Source: Perkinsus chesapeaki ATCC PRA-425 (lineage: Eukaryota; Protista; Perkinsozoa). Taken from it: a DNA stretch of 64,000 nucleotides. The DNA lies in the NCBI GenBank assembly GCA_013115145.1, contig JAAPAO010000109.1, positions 1 through 64,000 on the forward strand, given 5' to 3'. Made by a program: the position numbers and the translations under genes. Shown in pieces: positions 25,301-40,300 of the stretch; the stretch's first letter is position 1, and each line of letters starts with the position of its first letter. Below the pieces are notes generated by a model. That model was not told where the DNA came from. It worked only from the letters and a program-made list of their open reading frames with translations, and did not search any database.

Positions 25301-28300
25301 GGCGTGCGTTGGATATAGCTGAGATACTATCTCCTGCTCTGAGGAACGATCGGAGTGATAAGCTGCTGCCAAGCGAGACCATATCGAGACTGCTGAGCGA
25401 GCTACCCAGTCTCGTTACCGACTTCACTGACATAGAGCTTCCAACCCTGGTCATGCTCCGCAGCGACAAAGCTGATCCCAGAGAGGCTGCCCCGAGAGCG
25501 CTAAGTGTATCACCGAGTCTAGCACACTTAAATGATGAGACTGCTGATCCCAGGCGAGAGAAGGAGCGCAGGGATAGGCTGCTGCCGAAATGGGCATAGC
25601 CTAGAGCAGAGATGCTGTCACCTAGGCGCGAAATGCTGGCGACCGACAGTGTACTTCCCAGGCGACAGAAGCTGGCAATTGATACACCATCCTCCATTTC
25701 TAGGACACCGCCGATAGTGGCTGAGCCTGCCACCTTAAGATCTGTACCCACCGAGAGGGAGCTTCCTAGCCGAGCGAAGGACCTCAGTGATAAAGAGCTA
25801 CCCAAAGAGCATGCATCCAAGGCAGAAAGTTGATGGCCCAATTTAGTAGCCAAACACGTTGACACAGTGCTGCCAAACCTGGCAACATGTCTCAATGATA
25901 GTGAGCTTGTAAGCATAGCTGTATCGAATACAGTTAAGCTTGAGCCCAGATTGGCTGTTGCACTGATGCTTAGACCACTACCAAGTCTCGAAAAGGATCG
26001 GAGTGACATTGAGCTGCCAAGGCTAAGATAATCCAAAATGGACAAGTCCTTGCCGAGTCGTACGCTAGCCATAGAGGAAAGCAGAGAGCCAATTCGGCTG
26101 AAGCTCCGTAAAGACAGGGACGATGCCACTACGGAGCAGTCCAGAGTTGAGAGAGTCGAACCAAGCCGCGCGGCACCGATCGCTGACACTGAGCTACCGA
26201 GGCGAGAGTAAGATCTCAGAGATATAGCACTGCCGAAGTTGATCAAGTCGACGACCGAGCAACGCTTACCGAGAGATATATCGGATAGGAGGGATGCGGT
26301 CGAACCGAGACGAACAATACTTCTGACCGACAGAGAACTGCTCATATGAACAAAGCTCAAACATGAAAGGCTACTACTGAGCCTTGTGGAGCTGGATACA
26401 GACATGTGGCTGCCTATCCTCATCATGGACCTCAAGGAAAGAGAGCTTCCCAAGGAAACCCTGTCAAGGACGGAGAGGGTACTACTCAACCTTGCACAAG
26501 ATACCAGGGATAGGCTACTACCCAGTCTTGCAAATGAGCTTAACGATAGTGCACTACCTAGTGACGCTGAAGAGAGTGTTGATACCACTCTGCCAAACTG
26601 AGCAGAGGAGAATACACTCATAACACTGCCAAGGCGACTAGCGCTTCTTAGGGAAAGAGAGCTACCGATGGTGCAGTAATCTAAGGCCGTAAGCTTGGAT
26701 CCCAAACGGCAGAAGCTCCGGAAGGATAGAGAACTACCAAAGTTAGCTACATTAACAACTGATAGACAAGAGCCGAGTGTTGCGCGCCCAAGAGCTGAAA
26801 CAGAGGATCCCAAGCGAGCAAGGCTTCGTAAAGAGAGGGAGCTCGCAAGAGATGCTGCGTCTAGGACAGAATAGGAGCCTCCACAACGGCCTGTAGAGAA
26901 CGCAGAGAAGCTGCTTCCTAGGCGTGCGGTAGACCTGAGTGATAATGAACTACCAAGGTTAATGTAATCAAGGACGGTAGCACTAGAACCAAGCCTTGAG
27001 AATGAACGGAGGGACAACGAACTGCCAAAGCTAGCTCCGGCAAGTACTGACGAGGAAGCGCCAAGTTGGCATTTAGAGTAGACAGACAGTCCACTACCAA
27101 GCCTAGCCACTGAGCGTAGTGAAAGAGTAGACCCGAAGGACGCGTGATCAATAAGACTCATAGAAGATGAGAAGCGCGCCAGTCCAAGCAAGCTAATACC
27201 ACTACCAAGCCTCGCCAAGGACCGAAGGGATAGGGATGTACCGATATTACTAGTATCTAACACCGATAGCGTTGAACCAAATGTTGCTCTTCCAAGAGTG
27301 CTAGCTGTAGACCCCAGACGGACAAAGCTTCTGAGGGACAGTACGCTTGCAAGTTGGACATAAGCAACCACGCTTGTCTTGCTACCAAGCCTTGCAAACG
27401 TCCTCAAGGATAAGCTGCTACCTAGAGTAAACTTATCCAGGACAGACGTTGAAGAGCCGCACGTCACAGTACTCATCACGGACATAACACTACCGAGCCG
27501 CGCAAGACTCCTTATGGAGAGAGCACTACCGAATGTGGCGTAGTCAAGTAAGGATGCTGACAGACCGAAGCGAGTAAGACTTGAGATGCTCAGCCCGCTA
27601 CCAAGGCGAGCCGTGCTCCTCAGAGACACTGAGCTACCGATATTTACCAAGTCTAGAACAGTAAGATCTGACCAGCACCGTATATGGCTACCTAGTCGAC
27701 TGAAGCTTCTTAGTGAAAGAGAGCTGCCGACAGTGAGAGAGTTGAGAACTGAAAGAGAGGATCCGAGGGTACTTCCAGCAAATACGGATATTGAGCTGCC
27801 GAATCTGGTTACTGCACGGACAGAGAGCGAACTGCCAAGATGTAGGAAGTCGATAACAGTAGCTTTACTGCCGAGTCTAGTAAAGCTCCTCAACGACAAG
27901 GAGCTGCCAAGATTGACAGAGCCTAGGACTGTAAGGCCACTGCCAAACATGGTCTGGCTAGTCACAGATAGGGCGCTACCAAGGCGGAAGAAACCTCGTA
28001 CAGATAGAGAACTGCCTAGTAGAGCAGCGTCGATGACCGAGGTGTGGCTTCCCAGTCTACTGAAGGAACGGAGAGAAAGAGAGCTGCCAAGAGCGACTTG
28101 CTCGAGGACCGTCAACTCGCTACCATATCTGGCGAAAGACCGTACTGAGAGTGAGCTACCAAGGGTGGTGGCAGCGAGTACGGAGATGGAAGAACCCAAC
28201 TGCGCCGTACAATAGGTAGAGGTACTACTGCCAAATCTAACCATAGCACGGAGAGACAGCGTACTGCCGAGGTTCATCATGTTGAAGATACTCGCTGTAG

Positions 28301-31300
28301 AACCGAACCATGCCATGCCGGCTATGGAGTAGGTACTGCCAAGGCGGGCAAAGCTACGTAAAGAGCACGAGCTTCCAAGGCTACAAGAGTCGAGGGCTGA
28401 TAAACTACCAGACAGCACCGAGCGACCAAGGACCGATGCTACGCTACCAAGCCGAGCAGCACTTCTCAAGGAGAGGGTACTTCCAAGTATCACTGTATCC
28501 AACACAGAGAGGCTTAGGCCCAATCTGGCAAGGTCGAAGACTGATAGTTGGCTTCCAACCCTAGCCAAAGAGCGTAGAGAAAGTGAACTACCAAGGCTGG
28601 TGGTGAGCATTATTGATAAAGTATCGCCCAAACGAGATTCGCCAAATATCGATACAACACTGCCAAAACGGACAAGTGATCGTACAGAGAGAGAGCTTCC
28701 AACTGTGGTGAAGTCTAGCGTACTGAGAGAGCTACCAAGCTTAGAGGCGCTATAGACGGAGAGGTCACTACCAAAACGGACAATAGCTCTAAGCGATAGA
28801 GAGCTCCCAAGGGTAGCCGAGTCGAGTGCCGATACTGCTTCACCGAGTCGGATAGCCGACATGATAGAGCAGCCACTACCAAGTCTGGCGAAGCTTCGAA
28901 GAGATAAGCCGCTGCCGAACATTACAGCATCGACAGTTGAGAGTACCGAACCAAAGCGTACGTGAGAGAGTGTTGATAAGGCAGAGCCATGGGAAACAGC
29001 CCCGGCAACGGATAAGCTACTGCCAAGGCGACCAACAGCTCTTAGTGATAGGCTGCTGCCCAAGGCCAGGAAGTCAAGCACTGATGCCTTGCTACCAAAC
29101 CTCGCGAAACTACGCAGTGAGAGGGAGCTACCGTAGTGAGCAGCTCCTAGTACCGATACGCTAGATCCGTGTTGCGCAATACCAGTTACGCTCATATACG
29201 ATCCAAATCTTGCTGTGCTCCTCAAAGAAAGCGAGCTACCTAATGCCACGAAGTCAAATGCCGAGAGATGGCCTCCAACCATGCCGCTCATTGTAAGCGA
29301 AAAGGTGCTGCCAAAGCGAGCAAATCCACGCAGTGATAGGGCGCTGCCAATCTCAGTGTGGGAGATAACAGACAGGGTGTTTGCAAGGTTGCACGCCTTA
29401 AGTACTGATAAAGCAGATCCAAACCGTGCGAAAGATCGCAGTGATAGTGAGCTGCCTAGGGACGCTTCGGCTAACGCAGATAGCGAACTGCCTAAGGTAG
29501 AGCCAGAGAAGGCTGATATCGAGGAACCGCACCGGAGTAGGGAACGGAGGGACAGTGAACTAGCTAGAGTAGAGTAATCAAGGACGCTAACAGAGCTACT
29601 GAGACGAGCTCTCTCGAGGAGTGATAGTTCACTACCCATACGAGCCATAGACCTCAATGACAGGGATGAACCGAGGCTCACACAGTCGAGGGCAGAAATG
29701 CCACTACCAAGACGAGCACTCATACCAACCGAAGCGACACTGCCAATTCGGACAAGGCCTCTGAGAGATAGGGAACTGCCCAGAGTGACCAGGTCTAGGA
29801 CAGTTAAGAAAGAGGCCAGACTTCCAGAAGCCTTCAAAGACAGCGTACTACCGAAGCGAGCCATGCTTCGCAAGGAGAGGGAGCTGCCCAACGCCGAGGC
29901 ATCGAAGGCAGACAAGGTAAGGCCGAGTCTGGCACAGCTCAGCGAACTGACAGCAGAACCTACCAGGCACGAACCTGCTACTGAACTAGCACTGCCGAAG
30001 CGAACAAAGGATCTCAGAGAAAGCGAGCTACCGAAGGTACCGTAGTCCAAAACGGAGAGCTTACTCCCTAGACGAGAGAAGCTTCTGAGAGAAAGGGAGC
30101 TTCCAAAGTTAGCATTGTCGTACACGGAGAGCACAGCACCGATATCAGTAGCCGCGTGAGCAGATACAGTGGAGCCCAGAGCTGTAGCTGAGGCCACTGA
30201 GATGGAACTACCCAGCCTAGCAAAACTGCGGACAGAGAGGCTACTGCCTAATGCCAAGGCATCCAAGATGCTCAACTTGCTACCGAATCTAGCAAAGCTT
30301 CGTAAAGATAGAGAGCTACCCAAATGACCCACGCCAACAGTGCTTAGTGATGCAGCATAAGCTCCTCCGACTGCCGATAGAGAGGAGCCAATCCTAGCAA
30401 CTGACCGAACTGATAAACTGCTACCCAGAAGGATATAGTCCAGCACCGAGGCACTGATGCCAATCCTGCTATGGGACGCTACCGACACAGATGAACCAAA
30501 GCGTGCAATGCTTCGGACTGATAGTGAGCTACCAAGCTGGACAAGATCGACAATAGAGAGAGTGCTGCCTAGTCTAGCGTTATCCAAAACCGAGAGAGAG
30601 CTACCAAATCTGGCGAGTTGCCTTACAGAAAGAGAGCTCCCTAAACAGGTGTAGTCTAGGACGGAGACTTTGCTACCAAGGCGGGCAAAGGATCTCAATG
30701 AAAGAGAGCTACCAAAGTTCGAAGTTCCGATAGCAGAGAGGCTTGCACTCAATAATGCATTGTTAGTCGCTGACAATGTAGATCCGAATCTAGCCATCGA
30801 GCGTAAGGATAGGCTGCTACCCAAGGTCATATAGTCAAGTGCTGAGACACTGCTGCCTAACCTAGAGAATGACCTCAATGATAGGGAGCTGCCAAAGGTA
30901 ACCTGTGAGAGGATCGTTAGCTGTGCACCAAGGAGCATGTCACTATACACCGACATAGAGCTGCCGCATCTCGCAACTGCCCGCAAAGACAGTGAGCTGC
31001 CGAGGGCAGTGGTGTCAAGAACGCTCAAGCCCCTGCCAAGACGAGTTTTCGAAAACACGGAGGCACTGCTGCCAAATCTAGCCACAGCCCGTAGAGACAA
31101 GGAACTGCCAAGAGCGGAGGCATCGAGAGCGGACAACTTGGAACCCAGCGACGCTTGGCCATAGACAGAAGCGGAGCTACCCACCCTAAACATAGCTCTC
31201 ACCGAGAGGGAGCTACCCAGAGTGACATAGTCTAATACTGAGATACTCGAGCCGAACCTGCCGTAGCCTCTGAGGGAGAGAGTGCTACCGAGGGCAGTTG

Positions 31301-34300
31301 TATCAAGTACAGATAAGGATCCAGACACGCGTGCCCAGGAGAGGATCGATGCAGCACTGCCGACTCTAAGGGAGTCGGTCACAGATATAGCGCTACCGAA
31401 TCTAGCGAATCCTCGAAGAGAGAGGGAACTACCAAGCTCCGACGCGTCAAGAACAGATAAGGACAAGCCTAGTTTAGATGCACCATAAACAGATGTCCTG
31501 CTTCCTAACCTTGCGAAGGATCTCAGGGAGACAGAACTACCTACTAGAGCTTGGTCTAGAATGCTGACCTTGCTACCAAGTCTAGCAAATGACCTCAGAG
31601 ATAGAGAGCTCCCCAAGGACTGCTGTTTCAGCACCGACATAGTCGAGCCAACCTTACACGTAGAGAAAGTCGAGAGATCGCTGCCCAGTCTAGCAAATGA
31701 TCGCAGTGAGAGAGCACTACCGAACGTGGCAGCTTCGAGCACCGATAGATATTGACCAATTCTAGCGCCACAGAGCATGGACATAGCACTGCCTACACGG
31801 CACATGCTGCGTAATGATAGGCTGCTTGCTAGGGTAGTGCAGTCAAGGACAGAGATACTACTAGCCAATCGGCCGGTTGCCAGCACTGACACCGAGCTAC
31901 CGAATCGTGCAACTGCTCGGAGTGAGAGGCTACTGCCCAAGTGCGTGAAGGAGACGGTACTAATGGAGGCTCCCAGACGAGAATCAGATGCAACCGAGAG
32001 AGAAGAACCCAGGCGAAGCAGGGACCTCACCGACAAGCTGCTACCAAGACTGATACTATCAAGCAAGGATACAGCCTGCGACAGCATGGATCGGCCAACG
32101 ACTGACACCGTACTGCCAAAGCGAGCCAAACTCCTGACTGATAGAGAGCTACCGAGTATGGCTAGGTCAAGGGTACTAAGGGAAGATCCAAGGCGAGCAT
32201 ATCCAAATGTTGAGATAGTACTGCCTACTCTAGCCAAGGATTGCAAAGACAGGCTGCTGCCTAATGTAATATAATCCAGGATAGACAGACTAGATCCCAT
32301 TCTACCAAGGCCAAATACAGAGGCAGAACTACCAAGCCGGACGAAGCTCCTTAAGGAGAGCGAACTGCCTAAGGCCGTGAAGTCCAATACGGAAAGACTA
32401 TCGCCTAGCTGTGCAGAGCTCAGTGTAGAGCAACTACTTCCAATGCGAAGGAATGACCGTAGGGATAGTGAGCTACCACAATGAACTTGATCGATGACCG
32501 AGAGGGACTGTCCCATGCTAGTAGCCGCAAATGCCGACAAGGAACTGCCTAGCCTCGTAGCAGATCGAAGCGAAAGAGATGATCCAAAGTTGGTATAATC
32601 TAATACACTCAGTTTGGATCCGAATCTCGCCAAAGACCGCAGAGACATAGACGAGCCAAGGGTTAGTGAGTCGAGGGTGGAAAGGCTCTCTCCCAATAGG
32701 GTTCTGGAGGCAGTGCTCACAACACTACCAAATCTAGCAAGCGATCGTACAGAAAGTGAGCTTCCAACCAAAACGAAGTCGAGTACAGAGGCCTTACTGC
32801 CAAGTCTAGAGTAACTACGTAGAGAGAGTGAGCTGCCAAAGTGCACATGACCCAGAGCGGAGAGGGAATCACCTAGACGAGTTGACGCAGCAACCGAGAG
32901 AGTGCTAGCGAGCCTGGTGTGTCCACGGACTGATAGAGAGCTACCAAGTATAAGGTAGTCTATAGTCGATACTTTACTACCGCACCTGGCAAAGCTTCTT
33001 AAGGATAAGCTACTACCGAAGTTAACACAACCTATAACTGTTGCATGACTGCCGAAGGTAGAAGCCGATGACACTGAGAGGACCGAGCCAAAGCGTGTGA
33101 ACCCACGAAGGGACATGGTGCTGCCAAGGTTGATGCAGTCTAGGACGGATAAGGTCTCGCCTAAACGAGTGGTTGATAGAACCGTAAGTGTACTTCCTAA
33201 GCGGGCAAACTGTGTGACAGAAAGGGAGCTTCCTAGCGATAGAAAGTCTAATACGGTCAAATGTGAGCCAAACCTCGCGAACGAGCGAACCGAGAGAGAA
33301 CTGCCCAAGGTGATAGCATCCAAGACACTTAATGTCGTACCGAGTTGGGTAGCTGCAGTGGTAGATAAAACGCTGCCGAGCCTCACCAACGATCTAACAG
33401 ATAGCGAGCTACCGAGCGTTACAGCGTCGAGCACTGATAGCGCTGCGCCGGCCAGTGCGGTGGCCTTGGCCGAGATGGAGCTACCTATCCTGGCGAATGT
33501 TCGCAGGGAGAGTGAGCTACCGAGCCCAGCCCAGTCCAATGCTGATATACTTGAGCCCAGCCTTGAGCTCTCTACTACAGATAGACTGCTGCCTATCCTC
33601 AAGAATCCGCGAAGAGAGAGCGAGCTACCTAGGCTAACCATATCTAGAACAGAGAGGCTACTTCCAAGTCGAGTGATATCAAAGACCGACATAACGCTAC
33701 CAACTCTTGAGGCTCCTCGTAGAGAAAGTGAGGAGCCAAAGGAAGTATAATCAAGTATGGTTAACTTGCTCCCTAGACGAGCAAAGCTTCGAAGAGATAA
33801 ACAACTGCCGAAGCTAGCCTGCTTGAGAACTGAAAGGGAGTCTCCAATACGTGTGTGGCTGGCTATAGACAAGTCACTTCCTACTCGAGCCATTGACCTT
33901 ACAGATAGTGAGCTGCCAAGCGTTATGTAATCCAGAACTGTCACAGAACTGGACAGTCTAGCAAATGACCGCAATGACAGGCTACTGCCAAAAATAGCAC
34001 TGTCCAGAACTGATAGCTCAGCTCCCAAACGTGATAAGGATATAACAGACACCGAACTGCCCAGTCGAAGAACATCGCGTAATGACAATGAGCTACCAAG
34101 AGTAACGTGATCAAATACGGTGAGGGCACTGCCTAGTCTAGCAAAAGACCTCAGAGATAAAGAGCTTCCGAACCAAGCGCTATCAAGGACACTCATGGTG
34201 CTGCCTAGTCTGGTGCGGTCCAACGCGGAAAGGGCACTTCCAAGCTCGGTCGTATCCATCACTGTTAACGAGCTGCCAATGCGTAAGAATGAGCGGAGTG

Positions 34301-37300
34301 ACAGAGCACTGCCAAGAGTGCACTGGGCCAAGGTAGAAAGAGTCGTACCGATTCGAGCACACTGACTAACGGTAAGAGCGCTTCCGGCCCTGAGGATTGC
34401 CCGTAGGGAAAGACTGCTGCCGATAGTGGCAAAGTCCAACACGGTCGCTTTACTACCGAGCCGAGCAAATGACCGAAGACTTAAAGAGCTGCCAAATGCT
34501 ACGGTATCCAACACGGATGCTGAGCTACCCAACCTGGACCAATCTAGGACAGATACGGAGCTACCAATGCGAGCCAGAGAGAAAACAGACAATCCACTGC
34601 CGAGCCTAGTGCAGTCGCGTAGTGATAGAGAGCTACCTAGTTGAAGGTAGTCCAGGATTGACACCTTGCTAGAAAGTCGAGCAAAGCTCCTCAGTGATAG
34701 GCTACTGCCGAATTCGGCACTCTCAATAACTGATAATGCCTTTCCTAGGCTAGCGTCACCAAACACACTCAAGTGACTACCAAGACGGATGATTGACCTT
34801 AGCGAAAGGGAGCTACCAAATAACGCGCTGTCAGCTACCGAGAGCTTATCGGAAAAGCGAGCCATTTTGGCCAGAGAGAGGCTGCTGCCCAGGATGACGT
34901 AATCGAGTACAGACATCTTGCTACCATGACGGACAAATGATCGCACCGATAAAGAGCTACCCAGGGTAGTAGAATCTAGAACAGTGAAGGACTGGCCACA
35001 TCTAGCTGATGATAGCAAAGACAGAGAGCTACCGCATCTAAGCATAGCTCTCAGAGAAAGAGTGCTGCCCAGAGAGCACTGGTCTAATGCAGTTAGGGCA
35101 CTCCCTAAACGAGATGTGCTCATTACTGATACAGAGCTCCCCAATCTAGTCATAGATCTTATAGACATCGATGAGCCAAGGTTAAGGAAGTCCAGTATTG
35201 ATGCCTTTGAACCCATCCTAGCGAAGGACCGGAGTGATAGAGAACTGCCTAGTGCTGTTTGCCCAAGTGTGGACGTAAAGGTGCCAACCCTCGCCCAGTC
35301 GAGGCAAGAGAACGATGAGCCAAGGCGGGAAGCTCCGACAACCGAGAGGCTGCTGCCAAGACGGAGGAATGTGCGAAGGGAGAGACTGGAACCAAACTTG
35401 GCCATATCAACGACGGATAGGCCACTGCCGAGCCGAAGCGTACTCCACACTGAGCAGCTGCTGCCAAAGCGCCCATAGTTGCGGATTGACATAGAGCTAC
35501 CGAGGTTTACCATGTCAAGTGTAGAGAGCTTACTGCCGAGCCTAGCGAAGGAGCGTAACGATAGAGAGCTACCAAATGCCACAGCATTAAGTACCGAGAC
35601 ACGATTACCGAATTCAGCAACTCCGAGGGCAGACAACGCGTCCCCTAAAGCACCGCGGCCTTGTACCGATACACTACTGCCAAAACGAGCGAATGACCGT
35701 ACAGAAAGAGAGCTGCCCAGACTAGTGGTGTCAAGAGCAGATAGTGTGGCACCGACACGACAGGCAGAGAATGTAGAGAGAGAGCTACCGAGTCGGGCGA
35801 AGGAGCGGAGGGAAACAGAGCTGCTCACTGTTGCATAGTCGAGGACAGAGAAGGTAAGACCAAGCCTAGCTGCCTTTAAAACAGATAGGCTACTGCCAAC
35901 TTTGGCCATACTTCGGACAGACAGCGTACTCCCCAAATGAACCGAGTCGAGAACACTGAGGGTAGTACCAGCCCGAGCAAGAGCAGCGACTGAGACTACG
36001 CTACCCAATCGAGAGAAGCCTCTCATTGAAAGGGTGCTGCCAAAGTTGACTACATCCAGTACCGAGAGATCGAGGCCAAACCTAGCTGATCGAATAGCAC
36101 TGACCGCAGAGCCAGCCCGCAGTAGAGATCGTAAAGATACGGTGGAACCGAAGAAAGCAGAGTCAATAACCGAGAGGCTGCTTGATAGCCTTGCCTTAGA
36201 AATGATAGACAGTGAACTACCAACCCTGATAAAGTCTCTTAATGATAGACTGGAAGCGAGTGTAGTTAGGTCAAGAATCGACAGAGAGCTTCCTATTCTA
36301 GCAGAAGTGAGAACACTAAGTGAACTGCCCACACGGAGCATATCGCGTAAAGACAGACTAGATCCCAGTACAGTGAAGTCGAGGACTGAGAGTGTCTCAC
36401 CCATTCTGGCAGTATGTACAAGCGACAGGCTACTGCCTACACGAATAAGCTGTCTAACAGAGAGAGCGCTGCTCAAGATAGCGTAGTCAACAACTGATAG
36501 TGATGTGCCCAAGCGCGTCTTGTCCAAAACAGAAACACCGCTGCCGAACCGACTTATAGCCCGAACCGATAAAGTGCTGCCCAAATGCGTGAAGTCTAGC
36601 ACAGTAGCCTTGCTTCCGAGCCTGGCGAAGCTTCGCAGCGATAAGCTGCTACCAAAGCTTGTAGCATCCAATATAGACAAATCCCTACCAAGGCGGGTTG
36701 TATCCAAGACAGATAGTGTCGCTGCCGCTCTAATGCCCTCTATGACAGAAAGGCTACTTCCGCATCGGAGAGCTGCTCTCAGCGACAGGGAACTTCCCAG
36801 CGTAGCGAGATCGAGAACGGATAAAGATTCGCCCAACCTTGCAACTTGGAATGAGGATATACTGCTCCCTAACCTGGCCATAGATCGCATCGATACACTA
36901 CTAGCCAGGTGCGCGAAGTCTACCAAGCTAAGCTTGCTACCGAGCCTGGCAAAGCTTCGGAGAGACAGAGTGCTTCCGAACTCTACTTGGTCAATGACGG
37001 AGGCAACGCTACCCAGTTTGGTCCATCCAAGAACGGATAGGCTAGCCCCAGCTCGTACAGGTTCGAGAACAGACAAAGCACTACCCAACTGGCACATGGC
37101 TCTTAGTGAGAGAGAGCTACCTAGAGTACACTCAGAGATAACACTAAGAGTTGCACCCATACGAACACGGCTCATTACTGTTGCTGTACTGCCAAACCTA
37201 GCATAGCTTCTAAGTGACATTGAACTACCGAGATCTACCACATCTAACAGTGACAGGCTAGAACCAAATCGTGCCCTAGCAAGGAGGGTAAGGGTGCTAC

Positions 37301-40300
37301 CAAAGCGAGCAAACGATCGAAGGGACATCGAGCTACCCATATCAATGGTTGATATAACCGATAAAGTATCAGACAGCCTAGTAGATGATGCTACCGATAG
37401 CGATGAGCCAAACCTCATAAAGGAGCGTAACGATAGAGCACTGCTGAGAGTAGTACAGTCAAGGACAGTAAGAGAGGACCCCAAAATGGAACCAGCGAGT
37501 ATAGATATACCACTGCCGTACCGAGTAAAGCTGCGTAGTGATATTGTACTACCAAAGTTAAGTGCGTCAAGTACGGATAGGTCACGGCCAAAGCGAGCAC
37601 CCTCACGCGTCGAGAGACTACTACCAAGTCGAGCGAATGACCTCACCGACAGCGAGGAACCTATTCGGACGAAGTCTAGGATTGTTGCGTACTTGCCAAG
37701 TCTTGCAAAGTTCCTTAGGGATAAGGAGCTTCCCAGGTGTGCATAGCTAAGCACACTAATCGAGTCGCCAACCTTACACCAGTCAAGAACGCTTGCACAG
37801 CTGCCAATCCTAGCCAACCCCAGTATGCTGAGACCACTACCGATACGAGAGAAGCTTCTCAGTGACAAAGAGCTACCGATATTAGCTGCTTCGATAACCG
37901 ATAGCGCTGCACCACAACTAGCTGAGCTAAGTGTGGATACCGTACTGCCAAGCCTTGCAAAGCTACGCAGGGATAGAGAGCTACCAAGGATACTCTGGTC
38001 TAAAAGTGATGCCGAGGAACCATAGCGTATGATGGATTGAAGGGAAAGTGATGAACCAAGACGACAAGCTGCCCGTAAAGAGAGGGAACTTGCAAGGCTG
38101 GTCCACGATAGTGCTGTAAGTGATGCTCCCAATCTTGTAGCACACAAGGCCGAGACCGTGCTCCCTAGGCGTACGACCGATCTGACAGACAGCGACGTAG
38201 CGCAGACTGCAAAGTCCATAACGGACAAGGAGGAGGATAGTCGCGTCTGTGACAGCACGCTGATAGAGCTACCAAACCGCGTGAACCCTCTCAGAGATAG
38301 AGAACTGCCTAGAAGGGTGCAGTCAAGTGCTGTTAGGTCCTTGCCGAGCCTGGTACCCAACACAGTAGAGATGGATGATCCAAATCGTATAAACTCTCTC
38401 AGTGATACCGCACTTCCAAAGGATACGAAATCGAGGACTGATGCACTACTGCCAAGCCTAGATACAGCATAGAGCGATAGAGAACTTCCAAGCCTTATGG
38501 TAGAACGAAGGCTCAGAGAGCTAGCAAGCCCTGTGAAGTCTAATACGGATAGAGTGTCAGATATTCTCATACTGGAAAGGATCGATGCAACACTACCTAG
38601 CCTCACAGTCGCACGAATAGAAACAGAGCTACCCAAGTGAGTGTAATCCAAGACCGACAAGCTGCTGCCCATCCTTGTCTTAGAGAGCATTGAGATACCT
38701 GAGCCGAAGCGGCAGAAAGACCTCAGTGATAGGGAGCTCCCGAGGGAGGTAGAGTCGAGTACTGAAGCAACACTTCCCATTGTCATTGAAGCTATAACCG
38801 ATACCGTACTGCCTGCTCTAGCCACTGCCCTTATTGACAAAGTACTTCCAAGGGTCACTGCATCCAGGACTGATAATACTGAGCCAAACCTGGATGTACT
38901 ATACACTGAGAGACCACTGCCGAAGCGCATCATACCACGCAGAGATAGGCTGCTACCAAGAGTGCTCCATCCGAGGACTGAAAGGCTACTACCTAGCCTA
39001 GACACGCTGTAGACTGACAGTGTGCTGCCAAGTCGAGCACTAGATCGAATACTTATTAGGCTACCCAAGTTAACATGGTCAAGCGTACTTAGAGTGCTGC
39101 CTAAACGAGTTGTCCCATAGCAGCTCATAGTGCTGCCCTGCCTCACAAAGGACCTCAAGGATAGTGAGCTACCAAAGTCTACACTATCCAGGACAGATAG
39201 GGTTAAACCCATCCTGGCCTGTGCGAACATACTCACTGAGGACCCTTGACGAATGAACGACCTTAAAGAGAGGCTACTGCCGAACTTGACTGCATCCAGT
39301 ATTGAGAGCTCTCCATGTAACCTCTGATATCCATAAGCAGAGATGTTACTTCCAAGCCTAGCAAATGAGCGCAGGGACAACGAGCTACCAAGCCCAATAG
39401 CATCCAAAACAGAGAGGGTAGACCCTAGCCGTGACATTGACAGAGTTGACAGAGAGCTCCCGAGCCTTGTAGCTGCCCGGACGGACAACGATGACCCGAC
39501 TCCGATGAAATCAAGTACTGACATGCTACCACCATAGCGAGCGATACCATAGGCGGATATTCGACTGCCTAGACGAGTCAGTGACCTTACGGACAACGAG
39601 CTTGAGAAGGTACCAAAGTCGAGCAATGATAGTGAGCTACCAAACCTTAAAGATGAAAAGACAGATATACCACTGCCACATCTAGAGAAACCTCGAAGGG
39701 ATAGAGAGCTACCTACAGTTGTATAAGCTAGAGTGGATAGGGATTTACCAAGTCTGCTCCAAGACGCCACTGACAGATTGCTACCAAACCTAATGTAGCT
39801 CCTTAGGGACAATGCACTTCCCATGGTGACATAATCAATAATAGAGCCAGAAGACCCTAACCGAGCCAGGCCCAACAGTGAGCAAGCACTACCAAGACGG
39901 GCAAAGGTACGGAGAGATAGGGAACTACCCAATTGAAGGAAGTCGAGGGCAGTTACGTGTGAGGCAAAGCGAGCTAGACCCATAACGGATACACTACTGC
40001 CTGCTCTAGCGTATGATCGTAGGGAGATAGAGCTACCCAAAGTACTCCATTTCATGACAGATACACCACTAGAGAACCGAGCAAGAGCGAAGGCCGATAA
40101 GGTAGAGCCTAGTCTGGCAAATGATCTCAGGGAAACAGCGCTAGCTAAGCTGGTATAGTCTAATATGGAAGTAGCACTACCAAAGCGGGCAAGACCATAT
40201 AAGGATAGGCTGCTGCCTGCCCTCATCATACATCTTAGGGACATAGCTGATCCCATATTGGCAAAGGAAAGGGTTGAGATAGAACCACTTATCCTTACCC

